From NCBI GenBank assembly GCA_964016885.1, contig OZ024754.1, positions 30,194,001 to 30,258,000 of the forward strand: a stretch of 64,000 bases of DNA, in the 5' to 3' direction. The translations under genes were made by a program, and so were the position numbers. How positions within the stretch are numbered: position 1 is the stretch's first letter; each line of letters begins with the position of its first letter. This document shows, in pieces, positions 44,137-59,639 of the stretch. This DNA comes from Eledone cirrhosa (taxonomy: Eukaryota). Below the pieces are notes generated by a model that worked only from the letters and a program-made list of their open reading frames with translations, ran no database searches and had not been told where the DNA came from.

Positions 44137-45421
44137 TTAAATTAATACATTTAATACTTAAGTTTAAAAAGTTACAGATTTTATAGTTAATGCAAATTAA
44201 AACTAGAAAATTTATATCTCAACTTTTCAAAAATAAAGTAAAATCACATGTTTATAGAATCTTTACTAAATTGTAAAAATTTGCAGTAAACTAAACATTT
44301 TTAATGTAATGCAGTCACAGTGCTGTTTAGTACTTTTCAAAAATGTCTTTCTAGTGTGGTTTCATGCAGTACATGGCTTTAAGAGTTAATATAAGTGTAG
44401 TGTGTCAGAGAGAAGACTGGGTAGGGATATGTGATGTGTATGAAAAGCAGTTGGATAAGAAAGTGAGTGGCAAGTAATCCATAGAAGGGGTCAACGAAAT
44501 GACATGGGAAGAATTAGTGAAAGCTGACCTCAGGAGTCTGAACCTCAAGTAAAACAAAAAACAAAACTTTGTTAGAATTGTTCAACCTACAGACATGGAA
44601 AAGATGTTTCCAAAATATCTTCTATAAAACAATTCAAAATTATAGAATTGTTTTATGACAAAATAGACCTATATTCCAAATATAGTCATTGTTTAACATC
44701 TATTTTCCTAGCATACATTGGTGAAACAGGTTGTCACATTATGAAACAAGTTAGATCAAGTGAGTCTTGCGTCAAGACCTGTTTTTGGTTTCATGTTCTT
44801 CCTAACAACCACATACGTTAGTCTTGCTTTTTTCCTGTCACCAAAACGACCACCTTAGAGTGGACTAGGTGGTTTTGTTATGACAGCAGCACTGTGAGAG
44901 CATGCTTTGATGGGCCATACAAGAGAGTCATCAGGTGTGGAAGTTGGGACTAAGGGGGAACAAGTATGCAAGATGGTCATGAACCAGTCACGCAAGGGAG
45001 ATCTAAGGTGGGATACATGGTGAATGCAGGGGTGGAGTGAACATTTCAATTTGGGAAAGTATGAGGAGAGGGAGAACATTGATACAGATTAGTGTCCTCT
45101 ACATGTTTGAGTCATCCTGTACACATGGAAAAAGCAGGTCTTCTGCAGCACAACATATCGCCAGAGATCTTATCTCCTTTGAGAGGTTTGTGTGTGTGAG
45201 GTCAGATTCTTACAAAACTATAAATCTAGAATATATTTAAAAGCTCATTCATCAACCTCAAACTAGTTATAAACCAGAAAAGGTGAAAACCAATGCTGGA
45301 TATGGAACAAACTTAACCTTTTCATTAGTATATTTTCAATGAAAGATACTGCCTATGATTTTCAATTTTTTTTTTTTTTATAAAAAAAAAAAAAATAAAT
45401 AAATAAATAAATAAATAAAAT

Positions 45422-45452
<31 letters not shown>

Positions 45453-47516
45453 AGAATCCGGAAGGATTTAGTAAAATAAATTTTTCGATAGATTGGTGTT
45501 TGAGATATGTAACGAAATGAGGTTTATGGCAGTTTGGTATCTTATCGATAAAATTCATAACTTTGGCAGCATTCTAAATATATATTTTGACTAAGATTTT
45601 CCTTTACCTTGACTAAGGCCAGTTTGGGATAATTTTAAAATTATAACTACTTCAAATAAGTTGAAATCTAAGGAAGGTCAACCCCAGAGAAATGACCTCA
45701 AGAATGAGTCATTGAATTGTGACAGTCATAGTATATATCTATATATATCTATATCTATATCTATATCTATATCTATATCGATATATATAGATATATATAG
45801 ATATATATAGATATATATAGATATATATAGATATATCTATATATATCTATATATATCTCTATATATATATCTAAGAATGGAATAGCATCACTCAAAACAA
45901 TATTACTAAAATATCTGCCATTTTGAAAATAATATCAAATTAAATCTTAGCAAAGTATTTTTAACCCTTTAGTATTTACATTACTCTATATTTACTATTA
46001 TATTTTCACAGTAAAGGCTTTACCTCGCATAATATCGAATCTATGAGATTCGTATTTATTTTCAGAACAATACCTTAACATCAGTATGAGCGACCAGTTA
46101 CAGCCAGTTTGAACAGCGAGAGAATTTTGGCCACAGAACTTAAGATTTTATCCCAGTCAGTTTGTGGTTGATTTTGTTTGGCTTAGTGGTTAGAGCATTG
46201 GCCTTGCAATCGAAAGGTTGTGAGTTCAATTCTCAGACCGAGTGATGTGTTGTTTCCTTGAGCAAGACACTATTTCACATTGCTCCGGTTTACTCAGCTG
46301 TAGAAATGAGATGATAGGGACTGGGGTCCATATACCACTGCAAAGTGGTCGTGGAGGTGCCACGGCAAAAAAAAAAAAAAAAAAAAAAAAAAGCACCCAG
46401 CACTCACTGTCAATGTTGGTGTTAGGAAGGGCATCCAGCTGTAGAAATCAAGCCAGAATCAGTTCCCGTTCCACCCTTTCAAGCAGGGAAAAGCGGACGT
46501 AAAATGAAATGATGATGATGAACCCTTTTAACATCCAACAGCATTACAAAATTGTTTTAAAGCATTTATAATTTATCTATAATTTCACTTAATCATTATG
46601 TTCTTAAAACACCAACATGACAAATTTATTAAATATCTCCAAATTCTTGATTATTTTCAAATCATATTCAGTGTATATTTAGAAATATGGGAATAATACA
46701 GTAAATGGAATTTTTTCAACTCCTATTACAAATAAAGTGAAAACTATTCAAAAGGAAACATTTTTAAGAATCGAAAGTTATGCAAAGCAGAAAGGATTTG
46801 TCGCTTGTGACAAAGAAAAAGTCGTGCACATTAAAATATATTCTGTCGTATAAGTCGCATCACCATAGTGGCTAAATTCCGTATAAAGTTACACCGCTAA
46901 CTACGACTTGGATACGGTTTATACTACAACACAAATCCTATACACTGGTGTATAAGTCGCGCCACCATTGTAGCTATAATATTCTTAGCCCTGGACTTGA
47001 CTTGAATATTATGTAGGTTTAGCATATAAGCAGCATGCTGTTTTTTTTACGTAGTATTTCCTGTGTGACATATACGGATAATTAAAACATTTACATGGAA
47101 ACAATTCAAACAAGGTTTTGTTTTAAACTAAGCGAGGCTTCATTTTTTTAATATAATTTTAATGGTCTTTGTTTCTCGATAAGGAGGAATTTGCCAGTCT
47201 TTGTTCTCCAAGAAATATAATAGAGAGTGTATGTGTTGTGTATAACTTCATTTTTTTTAAATATATCTAGATAAATATGAACATTCAGTTATCCTGTGTT
47301 ATTGTGCATATGTGTAGGAATGTGTGACTGCAATGTATGTAGATTGAGAAAATAGTAAAAATTCTCTCATGACAAACAATGGAGAGTGAGAGACTGATCA
47401 ACAAGTACAGCAACCAACACTAAGACAACTACCAAGATATTAATGAAGTCTGGGGTAAAACCGAGTGCTATTACAGTAAAAGGGATAAATTATTCACTAT
47501 CAATATGTTGCTATAT

Positions 47517-47578
<62 letters not shown>

Positions 47579-48350
47579 TGGCCATTCCTGTGATTTTCAG
47601 AGCAATATGGATGATGTCGACCTCAAGACAGCATCGCATCATTAAAATATTTGACACCGTAACATTTCGGAGGAAAACTGACCATTATACACAAAAGATA
47701 ATGAGAATATGTCAGCAAAGAAGACAACGATGAAAAAAATAGAGGCGACAATCAGTAATGGAAAAAAATAATCTTCCATTATTGAAGCAAGTCCCTACCC
47801 AGTCATTAATAGAGGTTAGAAATAGTTGCTATACCCCCAAAATCTCCCTGACCTTTAATAGAATAAAAATAAAAAAGACGAAAGGACATAAGCTAATGCA
47901 GTCGTAAATGGAATTGTCATGGTTGGGATGTTTTTAATCCTACATACAATCAGTAATGGTGAAAATACTTCCATTACTGAAGCAATGAGTGTCTTCTACC
48001 TAGTCACTAAACTAAACCCGATAGATATTTATTGATATACATAGAAAATCCAACTCAAATCCCACTATCCCATTTAAAAGGGAACGAAAGAACATTAGAT
48101 AGAATTGCCATGGTTGGAAACTATATTAGATCATATATATGTCTGCTGAAACAGTAATGACCTGACGACTCGTGGCTAAACAAATCTTCCATCATAATTG
48201 AACGTAAAATCCCCACCCCAGGTAGGATTGTTAAAACAATTTCTTGGACTGAAAAAACAGCATACATACACAAACGAAATGTTTATTAAATATTGTCAAA
48301 TATATATCTAAAACGATACTTAAATGGGGGATTCTTTAGAAAAAGGGTAA

Positions 48351-48397
<47 letters not shown>

Positions 48398-49922
48398 ACA
48401 CACACACGTGTGTATATATATAATTCACAATGTATATTTAATAGTGTAATTAGGGATTCTTGTAAATATATACATACGCTAAACATATATACACATACAT
48501 TGCATATGTATAAATATATATATGCATACACACAATACAGTCCAATGTACATTTAAAACTATAATTAAACGAGAGGGAACTACAGGATTCTAGTAAAAAT
48601 AGAGCAAGTATTGGGAAGAAACAGCAATAAGATAGGTTTTATATATATATATATGTGAGTAAAAAGAAGCGACCAGTTTTGGGTGGGGCACATTAAAGTA
48701 TGACGACAACCAGTTTTTGTAGGGCAATTTATTATTAACAGCAACACTGCCCCCACCATTTCCTCATTTATTAGTCACACACTACAGTAACATCAATTAT
48801 CTAATATTGATTAATAAACTAAACTAAATTATAACCACATGTCAACGAAGAAGGAAGAGACGTAAAGATCCTAGAGGACTAGAAATAGCAGCCAAATCTT
48901 CCGCTTAGTATGAACTACTGTACTATACATATATATCAACTATACTTTAATATACACTAATTAACCAAATTACAACCACATGCCAACGAGGAAGGGAGGG
49001 AATCTAGACATTAAGATCTTGCTAGAAATAGCAGCCAAATCATCACAAACTACTTTAATATGTATTTAAATTGAATTATAGCCACATGCCAACGAGGGCG
49101 TGAGACCCTAGACATGGTCGGCCTTTAAGAAATAGCAGCCCTATATTCCTTATATCTTAGGACTAGGCAACAAAAATAGAGTGTGTGTGTGTGTATAAAT
49201 GAGGGTGTGATATGTATATATACTCAAATATTCCGTCATTTTATAAAAAAATATATATATTAAGCGGAAATTGACAAGTAATTTTATTTTATGTTAGCCA
49301 AACTAAGGATTGATAGTTTCTATTTGTTCTTGCTAATGGTGTGGGTCATTGGTGGAACGACGACCACACTAAGTTATTTTTTTAGTTCCAACAACCGAAA
49401 ATAGAAGTTAAAGATGACATCCATAGCACAAATTAGATTAAATATGAGAGGATGATAGACGAAGAAGCGACAGATTTAGATTTTATTAAATCTTACTCAT
49501 TAAACTATAATATAACCGTATAGCTGTTAATTATAGAGGTTATGTAATTTTTGTTGTTGCTTATGAGAGAATTTCTGAAATAGGTTTAAAATGGTGGCAT
49601 AGAAAGCAAAGAGAAAACGGGAACGTTTAAATTACATTATAGAGTGCTTTGATATATATATAGAGGAACTACTATGGCTTATATGGTTGTTAGATTTGGC
49701 TAATGATATTTATTGTTTAAAATAATCCCCTGTATATATATGTATGTATGTAGAAAAGTAAAACAGTTATGTAAGTAGATATGTTGGAAATGGCATAGTA
49801 ATAAAAATTGGGCTGAAACCAAAATGGCGATCACAAACAGAAGCAACAGCAGCGCCTTCACTACGCTTTACTGTCTATCCCTTTCTCTCAATGAGATACA
49901 CACTATATATACAGTTTATTTT

Positions 49923-49953
<31 letters not shown>

Positions 49954-49972
49954 TTTAGGTTTGTTGGTTCAC

Positions 49973-50003
<31 letters not shown>

Positions 50004-50497
50004 CACGCATCTCACTAGCAAACAATCTGTATAGAGACGTCTCACACACACACACAGAGACAGACAGAGAGATAAGATATTAGCAAGCAGCACCTTCACT
50101 TTTTACTTTATCTTCCTCACACACGCAGAGACCTATATCAACGATATTAGAACATCTCAAATTATATATACACACACACACACACACATAGGTGTGTAAG
50201 TATATATACACACAGACCTATATAGAACACACGTACATACTAACATACACACCTACATATATAAAATTATATATCCGTTTCCACATTGTCTCACACCCAC
50301 ATACAAATATATACATACACATCTATGCGCATAAGCCATCCATAGCTTAAAATCTCATTTACTATAATTTCATCAATATTTATACTTTAATATAGATTTA
50401 AACACCATTTCCAATTTATTTAGAAGGCGCATATGTGCAATATAATTATCTATACATGCACAATATATATATACACACACACGCACTGAAGACATAC

Positions 50498-50622
50498 CTG
50501 TTTATTTTCAGTTAAAACCAGTTTTATTAGAAAACGAAATAAATGCTATAACGGATTATATACACACACACAAACGCTATATATATATATATATATATAT
50601 ATACCCAAATATATACACAAAT

Positions 50623-50687
<65 letters not shown>

Positions 50688-50696
50688 AACACACAC

Positions 50697-50729
<33 letters not shown>

Positions 50730-50830
50730 TATATATATAAATATATTTTGCAAACGGAAAAGCTAAGATGGAGGAGAGAATGACTGCTAGGAAGGACGGA
50801 ATAGAGCAAAGGTTAAAAAGACAGCATTTA
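50498..50830 (-). other. Candidate non-coding 5'UTR exon of RhoA
   Basis: The first coding exon is preceded by an acceptor, so an upstream exon must exist. A good donor (AAACAG|GTATGT) lies at 50498/50497, with a pyrimidine-rich minus-strand stretch near 50760-50800. The 5' boundary is a guess. Confidence 0.35.
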
Positions 50831-53800
50831 CTACTAGCCAAATATATACAGCTTTTGTATAATAATTAAAATAAGCAAAATAGTGGGATTTGAATAAAAA
50901 TAAATTAAAACTGATGGAATCAGAAGATTGTAAAATACTCGTCTGAAAAATGCTACGTGAACATTTAAAAGATACAGCTCACGAGTTTAATTAATGAAAT
51001 GTGTAAAATACGTAAAGGTACCTTGACATAATTGCTATAACATTTCTTAGTTACTAACTATATTTTATAGTGACCAAAATATTTCAATTATTTTTCTATC
51101 GTTTTAGTTGAATAAAGGCCTACTGAAGTTAGTTCCATGTTATATTTGTAGCCCATTTTTATACTAAAATTTTTTTTTTTTTTTTTTTTACTGTAAAATA
51201 TGCAAAGTACCCTATTTAACAGTTAACTTATTTCTCGCAAAATGACAAAAAAAAAAAAAAAAAAAAAAAAAAAACGGGTTTTTTATTTATTTAACGTAGT
51301 ACTAAGTTAATAGGCTAGAAATAGCCGAAATATCCCTCAAATTATACATTGTTAAACGTAAAAATAAAACATGGAAAGACACCTTGGATAATGAAATTAT
51401 GCTAGAAATAGCAGCAAAGTGTCCCTCAAATTATATATACTGCCTTAAAAGAATTAAAAAGGACATCTTGGCTAATGTAGTTCTAGATAGTTTAAATATT
51501 AAACGGAATGGTCACAACTAGAATGTTTTAAATAATCACAGGTCTGTCTTCTGCGAGAACAGACTTGGGGCTAAATTCTTCACTTGGAGCTTCTAATGCT
51601 TGAAATACCAGCCAGATCTCCCTCAAATCAAACTCTTGCTGCTTAAAAATGAATACATTAGATAATGTAGTCCCAAATACACAGAAATAAAAGAGCAGCA
51701 CATTAGGTATAATCTACTCCTAGATACACGACTAATAAGATAAAAAAAATAAAAAAAAAACGGGATGGTCAGAAGTAAAGATCATCTAAGGTTTTATACC
51801 GACTTCGGATGAGGAGGGAGAAAGCTTTATCTCATTCAAATATAAAAGATTAAATTAATTTAATACGTATATAATTAAAAATCAAAGCAAATAATTAAAT
51901 GAATGATAATATAAATACGAACGAGAAAAAGGCCGCCTGTCAAATAAAATTACAACCGAACCGGATTTAAATTTAAACAAGTTTCTTTAAACTTTTAAAA
52001 CCAAAACCTCTTTTGATTACATTTCATTTTATTAGTGCTTTTTCTTTAAATTAAAATTCACAAATTTATTTAAAAGATAAAAACAAAGTATAAGTTATAA
52101 TGAAGTTTGGGGGATCACTATATTTTTTTTATAATTTTTCTTCTTTTTGACCTGGTTTAGCAGGAAAGATATTTAGAGAAGGAAACATTTTCATTTCATC
52201 TCATCTTGGTTCTTCTTCATGAAAGTTAAATTTGTATATGGGTAGGCCATATATATAGTATAGAAGAGGGTGAAAGCAGAATTAAGATGCAATAATCCCC
52301 TTTACTTTTAAAGTTTACAAGAACAAATAAAGCCACACAAAATATATAAAAATACGGCTTAATTAAGCACCGACATTTTAGCATGAAATAATAATTATAA
52401 AGCAGATTATAGAAATTAAGGAGATAGAGAATATATATATATATACAATATAAACAGTTCAGAATATGTGTACGCGGGTGTATGTATGTGTATATATATA
52501 TTTATATATAATACCATGAGAGAAGCAATATGGCTAAATATTTGGGGAGAAGGGTGGGGTGTTAATAATGATCAGAAGGAAGTATTATTGTTATTAGTGA
52601 GAGAGAGAAAGAGAGAGAAATCGATGGTAATTAAGATATTTTTACTTACTTAAGTATATAAAGTAGGTTTAAGTTTTACAATGACAGGCGAACAGCTCAC
52701 CCCGTACAACAACAACCTTACTATCGCTGCTGCTGCTACTACTTGCTTATAGAGTAGTGGTGATGGTGAGAGTAGTTACAGCAGTACTATAGAGTGTGAC
52801 CAGATAAATGGTGGTGGCAGGGATGTACTTATAGCAGTGGGAGTAGTAGTGGCAGTAGTATATTATAGAGACAATGACCAGATGGACTAAGGTGGTGGCA
52901 GTGATGATGTTTGGGGGGGGGGGGTAGTAGTAGTTGTAGTAGTGTTATGACTGGTGAAGATGGGAGTAGATAATGTAGTGGGAGAGGAGAACGACAGAGG
53001 GAGAGGAGGCGGCGGTGATAACGTGTAACCGCGTTATGACTGTGTGAAGGGGTAGTGCATAGTATGTTAGTCGTGATAATAGTATTGGTAGTAGTAGTAG
53101 TAGTAGTAGTGGTGGTAATGGTAATAGTATTGGTAGTAGCAATGAAAGTGAAGGTAGTAGTGGTAGTTGATATTATGGTCGTGGTAGCTAAGTGGAAATG
53201 AGAGTATTAGTGGTAGTAGATATTACAGTGGTGGAAGTGAAGGCAGTAGTAATAGTAGATATTATGGTGGTGGTAGCTGTGAAAGTGAGGGTAGTAGTGG
53301 TAGTAATGTTGTTGTCTCACTTGCAATTATTATAAATGGTGGCTGTGCAGCTTCCAGAGAAAATGCGAATTATTGAACGTGTAAGCAGTACCTAGCGCCA
53401 CACGGATCAACGATGAGGTGGAAGTGATAACAAAAAAATGGTTCTAATATATTATGGATTGAATAATGGAGGTATTTTATTAATATATATACACTGAAGA
53501 AAAAGATTTTAAAAAAAAAAGGCTTCCAAAGTTATCTGTGAGAACGACCACACCTCAATTTAATAAAGAGAGGATGAGGGGGATACTAGAGAGACATCGT
53601 AAAGGAAGAAAAAGATGGGAAGTAAAGAGAGAAATAGATAAAAAGTATAAAGCTGTGAGAGAGAGAGTGTGTGTAATGCGTAGGGAGGGTGAAAGAATTG
53701 ATGGAACAGCGGGCACTGACGTAGTTGATGAAGGATCATGGTTAACAGCAGCAGCAGCAGCAGTTACAATTGCTATTTCTGTGAGTTCTTCCTCTCACAG

Positions 53801-54229
53801 TCAACCATCTCATCATCTCACGCCACTTCTAAGCGCTCTTCCTCTTCTTCATAGCACTTGGCACACTATTTTATTTATTTTGTTAGTTAGTCAGCAAAGA
53901 ATATAGTCATTGTTTAAATTTGACCCACCACACATCGTTTTTATTTATTTATTTTTTTTTTTACCATAATACGTTTGTCACAGACGAAAAGTAAACATTT
54001 TTTTTTTTTTTAATGAGATTATTCGGCCTGTTTCCTTCGAACTTAAAATACTAAACTAAAATCTTCATCTTTACCAACCATCATCTTTAAATGTTTGCTT
54101 GGTGAAGGTTAAGATAACCGCAATGAATGAACAGAGAAAAGGGAAGGACTGAATACTGTTGTTTTGCCCCAGAACTAGAAGTGATTTCTAACAGTAAATA
54201 TCGCCTTTTTAGGGCTAAAAATATATTGT

Positions 54230-54265
<36 letters not shown>

Positions 54266-57200
54266 GGGAGAGAGTAGATTAAAGGCAGAACGATCGTTTA
54301 ATCAACAGCTAATGGGATGGGGGTGGCGTCCCAACAGACTTAACTATACATATTGTCACTTCATTGTCTCAGACAGAAAATAACTATGCACTGCATGTTG
54401 TTGTTGATGATGATTTATTTGAGACGGTAGGGTGTGAATTAAATGATGAGATTTAGCTGTTGTTTCTTGCAGGTCTAAAGACCAGGGTAGAGAATTTCCT
54501 AATCCAGTTGCAGATGGCAAAGACCATCATCCAAGCTGACGGCTTCAATGGACATGTTAGACAACAGCAGGATGGCTACACAGAAAAAACACTGGTTATG
54601 GTTATGGTTCAAGAAATTAAGAGGGAACAAGGCTCCCAGAAATCTGTGATGCAATGAACTATTTGCAACACTTAGAAGAAACCGGCCAGTCACCTGATCA
54701 CCTACTAATCAAGTGAACACAAACCAGATTGACTTTCCTTAGAAAATGGGATAGGCAGATAATTGTGAATACAGTGGAACCTGGGTTCATGAACGCCTCG
54801 TATACAAACAAATCAGTTTGTGAACAATTTTTCCTAACATAAAACGTCTCAGTTCCGTGAACGATGTCTTGAGTAACAAACATGCAAGCCAGCAACAACA
54901 GTTGGCAACAAGCTGGCAGTATCAGTGGGAAAGTGTCACCTGCTGTGTAGTAAGTTACTATGGTGATATCTCTGTCTTTCATACAGTCTGTCTCACTGTA
55001 TTTCTCTCTCAACATTTCATATGGAAAAACAGTTTCCGTTTTAGGTTTGATATTAAAGCCAAGAGACAGGCATGGAAACTTGGGGACAGCAAAGATCAGT
55101 ACCAGAGAGCTAAAAGAAGACAGGTAGATATACATAGTATGCAAAGAAGCTAAGAGAAAAACTGTATAAGAGGAATCAGATGTAGTGTGCAGAAGAGAAG
55201 ATTTTGCTGGTATAGACATGTGATGTATATGGATGATTGTTGAGTGAAGAAATGTCAAGAACTCCCAATGGAAGGAAGCTGCAGTAGAGGGAGAATAAGA
55301 AAGACTTGGGCAATGGTTATGAGAGTAGATCTCAAATCACTGAAGCTCACAATGATGACAATAAGTGGAGTAATGCTGTGCTGGCATAGACCCATCCAAC
55401 CTATGCAAGCTTGGAAATGCGGGTGTAAAAAAACGATAATGATATGACATCCTGGGGAAAGGCAAAGACCAATGCAACTTGACACCACTTTGTCCAAGTG
55501 AATACACTGAAACAAAGGGAAATAAAGTGTCTTGCTCAAGGACACAACATGCCACTTGGTTCAGGAATTAAACTTGCAACCTTACAATTGTATGCCCAAT
55601 ACCCTAGCCACTAGGGAAACTACAGACTGAATATTGGAAGGAAGAAAATAAATGCTAATTAAATTTAGTTTAGTGGTTAGAGTGTCTCAGGAAAGAATCG
55701 CTGGACAGATTGTATGGGCAAAACCAACCAGCAGGAGACCCAGGGGTAGATCCCGAGTAACATCCATGAGCTTATCTAGTCTTGCTTAGGGATCCAGTTG
55801 GAGATGATTGCTTTTGAGAGGACCTGCTGGAAGGAGTGTTTCAGGACTCTGCCCCCACAACCGTCTCAGGAATAAGTAGGTGAAGAAGAGTCCAGAGGCT
55901 CATCAGACCAGTTCTTATCCCAGTTTCCGTGGTGTGAAGTAACTGAGACTACAAGACTTCGCCTGGACCAGACGCTAGTCCATCGCAGGGTTAAACCTCC
56001 AGCTTTTACTGGTATTCATTTTCAGCTGTGTATAATGAAGCAACGCGAAATGAAGTGTTTTGCTCAAGAACACAGCACACAACCCAGTCCAGGAATTGAA
56101 ACCATAACATGATCATAAGTCCAACATGCTTACTACTAGGCCACATACCTCCACTCTTTAAGAGTAAGAGCTTAGTTAAACATAAAATATTACTAGAAAT
56201 CACCTAAACTACATCAAGAGCATCTCCATAGCTTATTGTTATTGTTTGCTTGTTCCTGAGTAACTGAAAATGAGCACCAGCAATAGCTGCGAGTTTAAGC
56301 CTGTGATGGACTAGCGTCTTGTCCAGGGAAAGTCCTGTACTCTCAGTAGCTTCACGCTATGAAACTAGGATAAGCACCAGCCTGATACAATTATAAATCC
56401 TGTATTGAGAAAGTTCACATACCTAAAAAAGCTGTCATCTTACGGATAATTGGAAAGCAAGGTGTGGATGAATCTTCCATTGTACCTGATAGATCCTCAG
56501 CTACAATGATGAGCACTCAATTGTTCCATCTAACTCATGAATTAACATGTAAGTTAAATGGTCGAGTATTCCACAGGCACATGTACCCTTAATGGAATTA
56601 CCAAGCCTAATCACTGTTACACAATATGTGATAAGGATGAATCTTCAAATTACAGGTAAAATCCATTTGACAGGCTTCCACATTTTCTGTTTACCCACCT
56701 TCCCTCTCAAAGCTGTGGGATCAAATATGGAAATTCATGATTAAAAAGCAATATATATCATATAGAGAGGTATAGCAAGGTGAAGAAAAACAGTAATTTG
56801 TGGTGCCAACATAAAGTGAACTAGATGATAGCAAGAGATATGGAGGAGTCAGATGGTTCATGTGAAGTACTAAATAGGATGTGTGTATGTGGTTCCGTAA
56901 CTCGATAGAACCGTAGGGGCGCCGTATTGACATACAGTGTTTCTTGGGCATTTTAAGCCAGGCAGAGCCCATTCCTCTCCAGGCCTGAGTACAGCAGATT
57001 TCTTCCAGTGAAAGATAGAAAGTGAGAGGGGAAACGAGGAAGAATCAACCCCAGTACTACTATGGTACTTTTTTATCAACCTCGAAAGGTTGAAAGGCAA
57101 AATTGACCTCGGTAGGATTTGAATTCAGAGAGCAGAGAACTGGAACGACATTCTATCCAACATTCTAATGACTGCCAATTCGCCGCCATATATATCATAT

Positions 57201-58224
57201 AGAGAGGTATTAAAAGCAAGGTGAAGAAAAACAGTAAATTTGTGGTACCAAATAAACTGAACTAGATAACAGCAAGAGATCATGGATGAGGCAGATGTTT
57301 CATGGGAAGTACTAAATAGGATGAAAGACAGAATAAACATCAGTGGAAAAAAACTGCAAGGCCTTTCATCATAAGTCTGATCAGGGGTAATCTTGGGTTT
57401 AACAACAATCAATGTAGCACAGTATAGACACTTTATGTGAATAAATGCTATATGTATATAGTGGCTATGATAAGTAACACAAATTGTAAAGAGAAGTTAC
57501 ATCAAAAAGAGAAACTCCATCAATAACCAAAGTACAGTGCAAGCCCCAGGAAGACTTTCAACCTAGTTCTAAGTGTGAGATAAGATTGTGTGCTATCACC
57601 ACTGTTTTTTACCATGTATGTGGTTAAAATTACCAGACACTAACTAAGATACAAAGGCCCTAAATGATGAACAAAGCATCCTGAATGTCAACAAGAAAGA
57701 ACTACAAAGATATACAGAAAGCTTGAACAACAGTTGTGAAAACTATTGAATGAAAATCAACAGAGGGTAAACAGTAATGATGTCAGTAGTATGTACTTCT
57801 AAACAACTGAATGTCCAAGCAAACCACAGAGTTCACATATTTGGGGAACACCTTTGATGAGGATAGGAAGATATAGAAACTAATGTGCAGTTCAGAAGAC
57901 AAATTCAGTCATATAGCACATCTTTGGTGATGATAGGAATATGGAGAGAGCAATAGATACTCTAGTCCAGCCTGGAAGATAGTCAGCCATCATATCTTTG
58001 GTGGACAAAGAAATACCATATATACTCAGATATAAGTCAAGGAATATGTGACCACAAAATCAATGGTAAAATGGGAGGTTGGCTTATATACACCATCTAA
58101 ACAATGTGTTGATTAGCTGTCTCGGTTTATAAATGAGGTTTGGATTTTCGTCTATTTCTCAGACATAAAATAGAGGGGTTGGCTTATATTTGAGTATATA
58201 TGATAGATACTGGAGTCCAATTCA

Positions 58225-58900
58225 GTACAGAGTCAGTTATCACATGAATAGTATTGACCCATAAGCTCTGAGAAAAAAAGTGAGGGGCATGACAGCTCTC
58301 TCATTGCTCGTGCTTCCCAGAACCATTTCAGTTGCTGAAAACTTTGTGTGTATGACCGTTGTAATGTCTTCAGAGTTTCTCCATAACAATCTGTCATTCC
58401 TTCAGTTGACCTTTTTGTCCTGATCAAAGTTTTTTTTTATCAGTGAAAAACCAAAGCATTCCAAGCTCTTCATGTTTCAACTTACTCAACAAGTGCTTTG
58501 CTTGGATCAGATGGTAATCTTTTGCATTTGCAGACTTGAATTAGCCACTCTGTTACATATGACTTGTATCAAAGATCCTCATGAACAATTCTTCCGATAG
58601 TGTGCCTTAAAACCTTGAGCTCCTTAGCAATGGTGCTAATTGATTTTCTGGGGTTCTTATCAATAATTTTCTGTCCTTTTCATACAAATGTGGGTGTTCT
58701 GATGGTATTAGGACCCTTAGCAGGTATTTTACATTTGGCTAGAATCCCTGTCTGCAGTTTCCAGCTCTTAGCAGACTTTGACAACAAACGACCGTGCAAC
58801 TTTCAGGAAGCAAGCAATCTCTAAATCACTGTGATCTACCTTTAAGGCAATTATTGCAGCATGTCTTTTCATTTGCTGAGTTAGCTTAATGTCTGTCATC
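58225..58900 (-). mobile_element. Degenerate Tc1/mariner transposase (maT/DD37D-like)
   Basis: Hand translation KIIDKNPRKSISTIAKELKVLRHTIGRIVHEDL*YKSYV, followed by broken frames. Confidence 0.6.
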
Positions 58901-59639
58901 ATTTATCTGAAAAGAAATGATTATCAGAACAAGTCAGAAAAAAGTTAGAGCTATTAGATGTGTCCTCAAAGAACTGATTAGCTCTGTAGTTATGTATGTA
59001 ACTGTGTATCTTTTAAATATCCAAGGATTTCCTGGGACGAAAAGCACCTCCTGAAAAATCTAAAATAGTTAAAAACAGGCTAGGACCTCACAAGAGAAAT
59101 TCTATCAGGTACACCATGTTTATTGATTGTTTTTATGCAGTTTTTATGTATTGATTCAACTTCATGTGCTTTAAACATATATTTCCTTGAAGAGTCAACT
59201 TTATGTGCTTTAACCCTTTAACATTTACATTACTCTATATTTACTATTATATTTTCACGGTAAAGGCTTAACCTCACATAATATCGAATCTATGAGATTT
59301 TGATATTATTTATTTTGAGAACAACACCTTAACATCAGTATGAGCAGCCGGTTAGAGCCAGTTTGAGCAGAAAGAGGTGAGAGAATTCTGGATACGGCCA
59401 GTTTAAATGCTAAGCATATTTCCTTGAAGAGTTTATATTCTGTGAGTTGTGTGGTTAAAAAGTTTTCTTTGCAATCATGCGGTTTTGGCAAGTTTATATA
59501 TTTCAGCCTTAAGTTGACCAATCAATACCTTGTGAGTGAAATGGGGAGACAGGAACTATACAAAGCTCATCGTGTGTTACTAGAACTGATGTTTGTTTAT
59601 GTCCCTGATAAAAAAAAAAGAAGACTTTAAGACCAGCTG

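Noticed and set aside
45730-45872. Large palindrome of TATATC/GATATA
   Set aside because: Self-complementary microsatellite variants, common in TA-rich genomes.
54698-55258. 186-aa minus-strand ORF
   Set aside because: Spans a Tigger-like end and an antisense RTE LINE fragment.
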